This document shows positions 23,908-35,095 of a stretch of DNA of 64,000 nucleotides, piece by piece. Both the position numbers and the translations under genes were made by a program. Under the pieces are notes generated by a model. The model saw nothing but the letters and a program-made list of their open reading frames with translations, was not told the origin of the DNA and searched no databases. The DNA lies in assembly GCA_010356995.1 (NCBI GenBank), contig ML996697.1, forward strand, positions 492,153-556,152, written 5' to 3'. Positions within the stretch are counted from its first letter, which is position 1, and each line of letters begins with the position of its first letter. This DNA comes from Trichodelitschia bisporula. Lineage: Eukaryota.

Positions 23908-26199
23908 GGCGGCGTGGGGGGTTACGATGCTGTGGCCGGCGTAGCCGAAGACGGCGGCGTTGAGGGCGATGGTGTCGGCGGTTACGATGCTGGTTAGGGT
24001 GCGGGGGGGGGGATGGCCGGTGAGAGGGCCTTGGGAGGATGGGTTGAGGGGGGATCGAGAGTTAGGAGGGCTGAGGATGGTCTTAGATATGATAGTCGCG
24101 GTAGTCCCGGGAGATATCGATGGCGGGCAGCGGCGACATGTTCAAACCCTGATAGAACGAGCGGCTCAAATCCGATTCGGGCGTGAAGCGAACAACGGCC
24201 GTCCACCACAGCAACGAACGAGGGGAAAAGGAGCAAGACTAGTAAAGGCGAAAGCAAAAGCAAAGAATGGAATTACACGACAGACGACGCGGACTGGGGG
24301 GGGGGAGAGGAAGGGGATGGCGAACAGGGGCGGCGGATGGCGGGTTTTGCGGACACCAAGCAGACTATAAGAGACTCGTACTACCAATGCGATATGCACA
24401 GCGGCAGCGCAAGGCCCCCCCCCCCCATTCCCCACTTCGGCAGCCATGGCCACGGGAGCACCTGCGACCCGTTCCACACGTACAGTACCCACTCCACCGA
24501 GTTGCAAGCCCGTAAGCCCAGCAACCCAACGCGGTTCATACTGGGCTACACACAGACCGGAAAAAGGCAGCGACTCGGGGCTGGTGCGGGAAGAATGGCA
24601 AAAGACGGAGTTTTGGCGAGGGGGGACGTTCGGGGGCCCGCCAGCAGTTGTGGTTGTTTTTTGGAACATTAAGCTCCTCAGCCGTGTCCGGATGGCGGGC
24701 CAGGCACGGTGGGCAAAGCCATGGTGTCGTTAGTGGAGTGCGGGGAGAAAGGCCAATGGGCTGAAAAGGGCAAGGCTGGCCAATTGGGGGAATCTCACTC
24801 AGCGACCAAGGGGACCCCCCTCCCCTCGATAACGGTGTGGCAGTCCAGCCAAGGGTGCAGGGGAGGTGTATCGAACAGAGCCACGCGAGTGAAACATCGG
24901 GCTGCTTTTACATCCCACGGCAGCAAAGCAGTACGGAGAGCAGCAAGCAGTCGACGAGGCCAGGACAAGGGTGAAGGGTAGCAGTATGAAGAAAGTTGTC
25001 CGTGGAGTTTTTGTCGGTCTGTTCTGCTCGGTCGTGGTGGGAGGAGAAATTTCTCTTTCGCGGTCAAGGAGTCGGTCGGACCATGGCATCCCCTGCGCCG
25101 TGCCCTTGCCGCTGCGAGAGTCTGCAGTGTCGATCTGCGACGCCTCCAGGCAATCCCGTATGCACGCCTGTGCCTGGCCTGGTGCCTCTATCATACGGTA
25201 CAGTACATCCGTAGTCGCATGGCAGGCATCTTTATCTCCCAAATCTTTCATCCCTCTCTTATCCCGTACACTTGGAAGTTCCGCCTGATTTACGCCAGGG
25301 AGCGATCATCTTCCTCTTTCAGTCCTGTCAGTTCGGAACTTGCGATATCGCCCCTCCCTCCTCCCCGCCACCCAGTCCCGTACTGGCCATTGCGCACACA
25401 CACGAGGCTACCGTATTATCGATTACGAAGGTTAAGGCCGTGTCGAGCGGAGGCTGCGTGGCCAGCGCGGCGCCTGTCCCACGCTGGCGTCGCTCAAGTA
25501 GCCGCATTTGATCTCCGGGAAGGCGAAAGGCGGACGCTGCACGCGCTCACAATGGCGCGCACGGCAGATCTGGCGCGCGACGAGATCGGGGTCAGCGTAG
25601 CGAGCCAGCGAGCAGTGCCAGAACCAGAGCAGCGTTGAGGCGGTGGTAGTAGTCAAACCGACGATAGATGCGGTGCAGCTACCGTAAACGCGCGATACCG
25701 GCAGCTAGGCAAAGCAGGGAAAGTAGTGTATCTTTGGGAGCTACGACAAATGAAGCTGTAATCGTCACGTCCGCCCTGTCGCTTTGGGAAACGCCACGCC
25801 ATGTCTTTTTCTCTGCGTTCCCCGACAGCCACGAAACAATCAGAAATCCTCCCGCCGTGCCGGCCCGGGGGTTGTTTGTCTGCCCTATGTACCATGTGAT
25901 GGCCGCCACGCTCAGCCATTGGGAGTGCGGTGGGAATGGGTACATCCGTAAAGGGCGGTAGAGGAGAATGTAAATGTCGATCTTCGTGCCATCAGATAAC
26001 AACTTGATATCAACTCAACTCACCAACCTCACTTCCGCCCGTAGGCACCCCCTTCCCAAGTCCCCATCTTTCCACCTCCCCTCCCCCAAGCCCTCCCAAA
26101 CCCTTCCCGTCGCAACCCCACCACCACCCCTCCCCCCGCTACGCCATCTCGACCTGCATCCCCCCCCCCACCGTCCGCCCACTGGCACACAGGCCACAA

Positions 26200-26201
<2 letters not shown>

Positions 26202-26231
<30 letters not shown>
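26202..26231. repeat. (GCAGAC)5 microsatellite
   Basis: Direct reading of the sequence. Confidence 0.9.
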
Positions 26232-27469
26232 ACAACAGGCACAGACTCAAGTACACCACACGCGGTGCGCACGCACGCACGCACTTCGACACGCACAGCA
26301 CCATGCGCCTGCAGCGCCCGCGTGGTGAAGCACGACAGACACCGCGCGCGCCTCAGGACTGACTCGTCCCGTCGTTGGGGACCATGGGCCGGTCTGGAGG
26401 TGCGGGGTGCGGGGTGCGAGGTGCGAGAAACGGCGAGCAGTGAGTAGTCGGAACAACGAGCAGCAATTACGGCGAGGAGCAAGCACCGAGAGCAGCAAGC
26501 CGGCGCTCTCGCCGTAAAACACGCCTACCTGCCCCATCTCCGTACGGCTGGCTAGTAACCATCACAACCAAACCCAGCCAGGCCAGGCGAGGCCACGCAG
26601 CGAGTAATTATCCCCCCCGCGCACAACGACCTCGGCCTGCCCACGTTGCGAGTACGATCGCGCACCCCCGCGCCTTGTCGTCGGAGAATTGTCCTTGTGG
26701 TATGATTGCCCGATCCGTTGCAGCCTCGCCATGCCTCGCCGTGCACCATCCCCATCCCTCCCTCCCATCACTCATAACCACCAACGCCAGCGTCACATCG
26801 TGTGTTTCCCCTTCTGGGCACCCCGCAAGAAACCTATTTATCGCCGACAGCTTAGGACTTGCCTCCATTTCTACCCCTCCTACCCTTACGTCTTGGCCCT
26901 CAAGCTAGACGTGTGTGAACTGCTAGTGTGGCAGGCCTGTCTGCTTCGCGGCCTGTGCCGAGGGCTTTCCGGAAGACGACGGTGGGGGCATGGTGGGGAA
27001 ACGGCTTGAGACGGGAAACAGTTCGTGCGGTGGAAGATGCCGACGGAAAATTCCAAGGGGTTTGAAGGACTAGTTCTAGTTCTAGAAGATGGAGGGCTAG
27101 CCTGGTGTTCGACGATATATCAGACACTATTAACGATCAGGTGACCCGCTACTGAGTTTGGGCATGGTGTGGGCATACGGTACATCACTTGGACGACAAA
27201 GTGGGCAATCCGTATCACGGCCTTACCAAGCACCGGCCCACGAACTTCGAGAGAGACGCAATCAATTATCGCACGGACGGGCAACTGTTACGTACACCCA
27301 GAGGCCAAATAGCACAGGGCCTTCCCCCAGTAGCCGAACAAACGAAACCACTGGATATCTTTCCCTCATTAGTGCAATTGGTGACTTCCATGCGGATGGT
27401 TGTTCTTGTCTAACTTCTCGACTTTTTTCGGCTCATAGAAGAACCCCACCCCCAACTCTCGCCAGCCGT

Positions 27470-28452
27470 CTACCACTGAGTAGGAGCAGCCTCGCCAGAC
27501 TCGGCGGTCCAGCCCTCGGCAGCAGCCTGGACAGGAGCCGCCGCAGCCGCAGTGTTGCCCCAGTCGGCATCCGCGTCCCAGCTGGTAGGAGCAGCACCCC
27601 CAACACCAGCAGCAGCAAAGGCACCACCAGCGCCAGCAGCACCGGCAGCCCAGTCATCGGCGAAGCCAGTGTCAACCGGGCCAGTGCCAACCTCATCGAC
27701 ACCCGGAGCCTTGACCTCGTCGATACCAGCCGCATCCTTGTTCTCCTCCGCTTCGGGATCGCGGTAGAAGTACAGATCGGTCATGACGTCCCACTCAGCC
27801 TCGCGGCTAGCAAGCGTGCCACGCAGACGGAGCACCTCCCGGGCAAGCATCCACCAGATGAGACCGATGGAGTGACGGCCCTTGTTGTTGGTCGGGATGG
27901 CAACGTCGACGTACTCGGTGGGGGAGTCGGTGTCGCACAGCGCAATCACGGGGATGTTGACGTACGACGCCTCCTTGATGGCCTGGGCATCAGTGCGCGG
28001 GTCCGTGACGATGATGAGGCGGGGCTCCTTGAACGACCGCGTGATGTAATTGGTGAAGTTACCGGGGGTGAAGCGACCGGCAATGGCCACTGCACCGGTG
28101 TGCGCGGCGAACTTGAGCACGGCACGCTGGCCGTAGGGACGCGCGGAGATGACGCAGATGTCGGCGGGGTTGTCGACGGCCACGATGATGCGCGCGGCAA
28201 GCACGATCTTCTCCCTGAGGTTGGTGTCAGCTTGTGGTAGACTAACAGCGAGCCCAAACGGCTCAGAAAAGAGAAAATTTACCAGGTCTTGCCGATATTG
28301 ATCACATTGATGCCATCTGGCCGCGTCTTCCACAGGTAAGGCTCCATGTGCACCTGCAGGTTCTTGGACCCGAGATGCGCCTGGGCGGCAAGCAACATCT
28401 CGATGTCCTGGCTGGTAGCATTGAAGCTAGGGGGGAGGTTGGAGGGAGCCAT
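27470..28452 (-). CDS. RPS0: 40S ribosomal protein S0 (uS2)
   Basis: Exons 28452-28283 and 28214-27470. Sequence includes [71 protein letters not shown]. Confidence 0.98.
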
Positions 28453-28757
28453 CTTTGACAGGCGGAGTCGAGAAGTTTGTCGGATGGAGGAGGAGGGGAA
28501 GGATGTGAAGATGTTGTGGGCGAGGAATTTGGATATTGGTGGAGCGGGCCGTTGAGCTTGCTGATTGGCTGTCGAAACGAGGCCCATCTGCCAAGGCCTT
28601 ATCACGTGCAGGAAAATATCGACCTTTTGCGAAAATCGATCTGATGCCTTGTCGCCTTTTCTGGTGCCTGATTATCCTTGCACAGACCCAGAAGTTTAGC
28701 AGAGACCGGCGTTGAAAGGCCGCGATAGACGACACTGGCATCAAGTGCAGAGCAACT

Positions 28758-29812
28758 ATGCCCCCACGAATACCCCAGGCTGTTTGCCTGCGGGCGCAAT
28801 TGGGTAGGATTTCGCTCCTAGCAGCAACTCAGCATATGCTAATTCCGCTTCAGCTTTCAGCTCCGGTCGCAGTGTTCCCGTTCTGAACCTCCCCATCCGG
28901 CTCTTTTCCTCCTCGCCTGCCGCACAGAGCCAGAAGCGTCGGCATCAAGACCCATACCTCATCGCGCAAGCAAAGGCCCGGAGGGCGGCAAATATATCCC
29001 GCCAGCAGGCACTCCAGATTGAGCGTGCTGCTTCACTTGGCGACCCTGTTCGCGGCATCACAACGCCTTTGGTCAAGTCCTTCCAGACCGGCCTTCCGGT
29101 CTCCGAAGAAGATACCAAAGAGTACGATTCCGAATACACGGGCAAAATCGACCAGACCAAGTATCTCAAGCACTCGTTGACAAGAGATGTGCTCGAGAAG
29201 CAGTTGACTGAGTCGAAATGGCTGACAACTCCGGTGCCCAAGGGTGATATGAAGGACCCGGGAAAAATGTCGGCTGAGGAAATCGAGGAAGCTTCAGCTC
29301 GGCAGGAGGAGAATTCTCGTCATCATATGAAGAAAGCCACGGCCATTGAGCGCATTGTCGCGCTAGAGAGTGGAAACTCCCGCGACATCATGAGAGTCAA
29401 CATCAAGCGTTGTGTGGAGACGTTTGGCCGGCACAACACCGATAAGATCCTCCCGTCCAAGCCGAAATCCGCTCAGCCGGGAGCTCTTGGGGATGCGTCG
29501 CCGGTGCCCAAGGCTGACCCCAATGCACCGATGGCTGAGGCGTCCCCCATAGTCCGCGCTGGGCCCGACACCGGCTCATCGGAGGTGCAGATTGCCATTC
29601 TCACGGCGAAGATCAACCGCTTGGTCCAGTTTCTGGAGACACGAGGCCCGAAGGACAAGATGAACAAGCGCAACCTACGTCTCCTGGTACACAAGCGGCA
29701 AAAGCACCTCAAGTATCTCCGGCGGAGGGAGCGCGGTGGACCGAGGTGGCAGCGCTGCATCGAGCTTCTGGGGCTGACGGAGGGCACATGGCGGGGTGAA
29801 ATCAGTCTCTGA
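28758..29812 (+). CDS. MRPS28: Mitochondrial small-subunit ribosomal protein uS15m
   Basis: Exons 28758-28803 and 28854-29812. Basic presequence-like N-terminus; S15 motifs FGRHNTD, GPDTGSSEVQIAILTAKI, KDKMNKRNLRLLVHKRQKHLKYLRR. Confidence 0.93.
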
Positions 29813-30333
29813 TCGGTGTGTCATGTACAGCTATCTCTGTAACTACAAGATGAGCGTTGGAGCTTACTGCCTAAATCGTCACGATACGGGCGACAAACTT
29901 TATGAAGGCAAGATCATGTGAGGTTAGGTTCCTGTGGCTCTTTGAGATGCAAGACGCGAACTGCCGTTCGAAGCAAACAAAGCAGTCTAGTACGGCTGAT
30001 TGATTAGAACAGCGTCGGGTGGTGCTGATGGGGGTCGTGACTGTGTATATTCGTTGTCCTATTACCGTTTAGACGCGCAGTCGCGCAAGCCTCCGTTGAC
30101 GTTCCGCCGCAACCTCCTCGCCTTCGAGAAATTTGGGCCCCTCTTCCCCTCACCTCAACACCAACATCTTCTGACACCGCAAACTTACACCTTTCACTTC
30201 TACGCAAAAGTCGACACAAGCGGTAGCCCCTCGTTTACTTCCATTTTTTTGTCCTTCACCCGCTTCACGAGTAGTCTGACGGTCAGGCCCGCCGCCGCGC
30301 ATTGCTCCTGGATAACTCCTCAACTCTGTAACC

Positions 30334-33300
30334 ATGGGGCTGCCATACACCGTCGAACCAGTCGAGACGGACCTCTTCTATCCCGACGATCTTGTCATCC
30401 GCAAGGACTTTCCTAGTGCCCTCGGCGTTGTTGATCGAACGACCGGCGACGTCAATACCCAGACACCCAATCCGCAGCTGGAGTACGACCATGCGATAAC
30501 GCGCCATAAAGACATACCGCAACCTAAGTTCAGTCGGTTTCTCAAGGATGGTATTGTAAGTAATCGTGCACACGGTTGGAGTGTCGCTGACCGAAGCAGC
30601 CACCTCAAAGCACTGTGCTTGTCGAGTGGGTTAATAGTCCTGGTTCCTCCGAACTGATACCCTGCAAGCACCTGCTGCTCATCCATCGCGAAATAATGTT
30701 TGGTGACCGTGTCAAGAAGAGTCCCGAGGATACCATGACCGGGACAGTGGTCAACACGGCGGTCAAGTGCTCGTTGGCGCGGAAAACGTGGATCGATCCA
30801 GAAGGCACGGTACAATTCTTTAGCGTCCCCGGCTTTCTGACTCTTTCTGCGCCAGGGCCTTTACAAATCGGCCACGAGATCGCGCTGGATGTACCGAGCG
30901 AAGAGCTGATCTCTATGCACCACTGGCATGAGGGCAGCCTTGTCCTCTTCCAGGACTTTCTCGGGCGGATAGAGCAGGTGGTTGATCAGATCACAGTTCG
31001 GCTGCAAAACGGGACTGTGGTGGTGCCCGATCGGCCGTCTGAGATTGTAACACCGCAAAACACTCCTCTCGGCCGCTTCGAGATTGGGAGCCACATCCAG
31101 GTGCACAAGACTAATCTGCGGCGGGGAAAGTGGATAGTCGGCGCTTACGACCCTAACGCGGCCCCCCGTGGGACCGTCATAGGTCATCAAACCGTTGAGC
31201 TTCGTGTCATCTGGATAAGCCGCCGAATTCACGGGCCCTCTTACCGCCCAGAACCTCCGAGCCTCATTGGCCTTCGGGATCTTGAGAGTGGGTTGGTCCG
31301 TCAGTACGACCGCACGCGGTACCCCAAGAACAACAGCAACGTCGGCCGGAACACCGAGCTCTGGATGGGTTATTGTGTGCGGTTTAATGACGAGGCGGCA
31401 GCAGCGCTAAAGTATGACGGATCGAAGATCACTAAGAGATTTGATGGCTCTGAACACAGAAACCACATCGTCCCCCGAACACACTCCGGATTCAACATGA
31501 ATATCTACGAAATCAAATCGCTTACTAGCACGGTGACAGTGCAGTGGCAGGATCTCAGCACATCGACTTTGCGGAGTACTGAGCTGATCCCGGAGAACAA
31601 CATCGACGACACCAACGACACATTTCCCGGTGAGATTGTTGTCTCAAACGAATACAAAAAGGACACCGATCCTGGTATCGTTGAGCCGTCGCGAGTCGGT
31701 GTGGTACAGAGTGTAGACAACGCAGAACGGTTGGCTCGTGTGCGCTGGGCAGTGGGCGCTTCGCTCAAGTACATGGACGTTTCCGACACCGGCGATCTCT
31801 ATACTGGTAACGTGCTTCCGGGATCGACGACGGGTATCCCTGTCTCAGACAGTCTCCCCGTTGAAAACATCAGTCTGTATGATGTCCGGAGCCCCGGAGT
31901 GTTTGCAAAGCGGCGAGGGGACTTTGTCATCTTGCATCCCCCACCCGAGTCTGGGCTGAACCAATCTGAAGAGCTGATGGATTGGTTTGGTGAGATTGTT
32001 GACATCAAGCTTGATGGCATGCTAGTGGTTCGTTTGGGCGCGTTAGAAGAGGTACGGGACGTTGAACTTGCCCCTGAGTTTGTCATGTTTGTGATACCCA
32101 GCGACATGAATCTCTCTGGGATCGAGCCGGGTTTGGACGACGAAGATGGGTCAGATGACAGTCATTTGGGTGATACAATCATGAGTGGTGAGTGGCACGA
32201 TGTTGATGGCCTGGGCTACATTATCAGTATCCGGCCCGGGCTCATTTTTGATTCTATATTCCCGCCTAACTCTGACGAAGACGACCCCGACGACCCAGAC
32301 GACGAATGGTCGACTGAAGAGTCCGACCTCGAGACAGGCTACGACGATGACGTCATGGATTGGGACTCAGTTAACACGGAATCAGAAAGAGGTGTTGACG
32401 CGTCCGAACCGTCCACCGTAAACCCTCCCGCAAACGACGTGCAGCCGGACGCTGCAAAGCCTATGGAGCCACCGAGTCTAGAAGAAGACCACACGATGGG
32501 AGAGACCCTCACGCCAACCGTGGAAGGCGCCCCGGCAGCCTTTGAGGTTCTCGAAAGCCCACCACCAGACTCGCACTTTTACGTCTCCAACGCGGACTTC
32601 AAGCTATCCACCCAGCTCATGCGCCGCGTAGCAAAAGAGCATCGCATCCTACAGTCCTCGCTGCCAGAGGGCATCTTCGTACGCACGTACGAGTCGCGCT
32701 TGGACCTTCTACGCGTTCTGATTGTCGGTCCGCTCGACACGCCGTACGAGTTTGCACCCTTCCTCATCGACTTCTGCCTCACCCCGCAGTACCCGCAGGA
32801 GTCACCGTTGGCTTACTTCCATTCGTGGACCAACGGCACTGGGCCCGTCAATCCGAATATGTACGAGAACGGCAAGATCTGCCTCAGTTTGCTCGGCACG
32901 TGGCATGCCGACGAGCGCAATGAGAGCTGGAGCCCGGCACGCTCCACCGTGCTCCAGATCTTGGTCAGCATCTTGGGTCTCGTACTCGTTAAAGAGCCGT
33001 TCTACAACGAAGCTGGCTATGAGGTGCGCGCAGGCTCGGCGGACGCTGTCGTACCCTCTGCACGCTACTCGGAAGCGACGTACCTCAAATCGCGCAAGTT
33101 CATCACCCACGCGCTACGGAATCCGATCCCGGGGTTTGAGGATGTGGTTAACTGGCTGTATCTGGACCGGAGAGAGGGCGCGCCGCGGCTGCTTGACCGG
33201 GCCATTGCCGCGGCGAAGGAGATCATCGAGGTGGGCGAGCGGAGTGGTGGGGCGGAAGTCAAGACGCGTGGCGGTCTGACGCGCGTCACGAAGGGCGGGA

Positions 33301-33365
33301 TGGTCATTCTGCAGCGTGAGCTGGCGGGGTTGGAGGCGTTGAGGCCGACGACGGCAGAGGAGTAG
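30334..33365 (+). CDS. Large UBE2O-like ubiquitin-conjugating enzyme (long N-terminus, C-terminal UBC domain)
   Basis: Exons 30334-30555 and 30600-33365. UBC motifs LPEGIFVRTYESRLDLLRVLIVGPLDTPYE, NPNMYENGKICLSLLGTW (active Cys), LVKEPFYNEAGYE. Confidence 0.92.
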
Positions 33366-33520
33366 AGGCCTGCTTTTGAGAGCGCTGTTTGATGCATTGC
33401 GGGTGAGCAAGGTGTTGGACAGATATGGGCTTATAGACGCTACGACTCTTTAGTTATTTCAGTCTCATGAGTATGATATGTACTGCTCCCGACTTTCCGC
33501 CTCGCCTCCTCCCTTCACAT

Positions 33521-35095
33521 CTACAAAGCTGCCCTCACCCCCGCCCTCCGCGCAGCTTCCCGGCCCGCCTTGCGCCCGAACACGGCACCGGCCGTGAGCC
33601 CGCTCCCGCCCGGATAATTGCCATAGTACAGACCACCAACCATCTCGCCCGCAACGTAGAGCCCCGGAATCGTCTTGCCAGTGACCTGGCTCACCACGCC
33701 CGCCGTCGCCGCATCCGTCTTCAGCCCACCAAACGTAAACGTGACTCCACATGTGATTTTGACTGCCAGGAACGGTGCCTTCGTAATCGGCGTCGCCCAG
33801 TTCGTCTTATCAGGCCCGAGAGTGAGGCCGCTGGCGGACGACCGCGTGGACATCCCGTCCTTAACCGAGGGATCGAACTTCTTGTTCGGATTCTCGCGCC
33901 GGAAGGCCGCGACCGCAGCATTATACTCAGCCAGACCATCCAGAAACGCCGCCTTGCCAGCAAACCCCTTCTCCGCCATCCGATCCGCCAGTTCCTCCAA
34001 ACTCCCCGCCTCTACCCGCTCCACCACATCCGGCGCATACTCCTCCTTCCGCAACCACCCCGCCCCCTCCGCATCCCAAACCTGCCACGCCACACCCCCG
34101 GCCTGCCCCAGCACCGCGCGCCCAAACTTCGCATACGTATAGTTCCTCATATCCTCCCCCTCGTCCACAAATCTCTTCCCTTCCGCATTCACCATGACTC
34201 CGAGCGGGTACCCGCTCTTCGTGTACTGGTTCGTCAGCCCCGGGTCCCCCGTATTCGCGTCCGCCGCCGCGTCCCAGCACGTGCTATGACACCCGCTCCA
34301 GTTCCCCGCGCTCGCGGCACCGGCCTCGCCCATAGCCGCGTGCAGCAATTCGCCCGTGTTGTACGGCGTGCCCCGCACATACGCCCTATCCCACCCGGGG
34401 CCTAGATACGCCGCGCGCAGCCGCGGACTCGCCTCGAACCCGCCCGCCGCAAGCACCACGCCGCCGCGCGCGCGAATCGTCGTCGTCGACCCATCAGGCC
34501 GCGCGAGGGTCACACCCACTACCGCGCCGTTCTCAATAACCAACCCTGTGACAGGCGTGTCGTAGCGCACGTCCACGCCGAGGCGCTTCGCGGCCGCCTG
34601 GTGCATGCGCACGAGACCCTTGCCCCCGTCCTCAACAGCCAGCACCATGCCGCCCCAGAACTTGAAGCGGTTCGCGATTTCATACGCCTGGCGGTGGAAC
34701 GAGAGCACGAAGCGCACGCCCAGCGCATGGAGCCACTTCGTCGTCTCGTTGCTCTCGTTCACTAGGGCTAAGGCGAGCGCTGGGTCGGTGCGCGCGTCGG
34801 TCACGCGGCGCAGGTCGGCCATGAAGTCTGCGGGGGTATAGGGCGCCATGTCGATGCGGCTTGCGATGGAGGCGGGGGCGTTGGTGACGAGCGGGAGGAC
34901 ATCGGACAGGCCGGCGAAGGCGGTGCGATATGCGCCGGCGGTGAAGGTGGTGTTGCCGCCGGCCCAGGCGGCAGGGGCTTTTTCGAGGAGGATGACGCGC
35001 GCGCCGTGCTGGGCGGCGCTGGAGGCAGCGCTGAAGCCAGCGTTGCCGCTGCCGATTACGAGGACGTCGGCTACTTCGGGGTCGGAGGGCGGCAT
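33521..35095 (-). CDS. FAD-dependent oxidoreductase, TcuA (tricarballylate dehydrogenase)/fumarate reductase flavoprotein family
   Basis: Intronless 524-aa ORF. Motifs VLVIGSGNAG (Rossmann fold), LLEKAP..WAGGNT, LAAGGFEA, YLGPGWD, RGTPYNTG, GKRFVDEG, TFTFGGL, GLYVAGEMVGGLYYGNYPGGSGLTAGAVFGR. Confidence 0.9.
   Translation of the reverse strand: MPPSDPEVADVLVIGSGNAGFSAASSAAQHGARVILLEKAPAAWAGGNTTFTAGAYRTAFAGLSDVLPLVTNAPASIASRIDMAPYTPADFMADLRRVTDARTDPALALALVNESNETTKWLHALGVRFVLSFHRQAYEIANRFKFWGGMVLAVEDGGKGLVRMHQAAAKRLGVDVRYDTPVTGLVIENGAVVGVTLARPDGSTTTIRARGGVVLAAGGFEASPRLRAAYLGPGWDRAYVRGTPYNTGELLHAAMGEAGAASAGNWSGCHSTCWDAAADANTGDPGLTNQYTKSGYPLGVMVNAEGKRFVDEGEDMRNYTYAKFGRAVLGQAGGVAWQVWDAEGAGWLRKEEYAPDVVERVEAGSLEELADRMAEKGFAGKAAFLDGLAEYNAAVAAFRRENPNKKFDPSVKDGMSTRSSASGLTLGPDKTNWATPITKAPFLAVKITCGVTFTFGGLKTDAATAGVVSQVTGKTIPGLYVAGEMVGGLYYGNYPGGSGLTAGAVFGRKAGREAARRAGVRAAL

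Noticed and set aside
23991..24000. ACCCTAACC telomere-template-like sequence on the minus strand
   Set aside because: A single short match inside the open kinase frame, with no other telomerase RNA or telomeric features.
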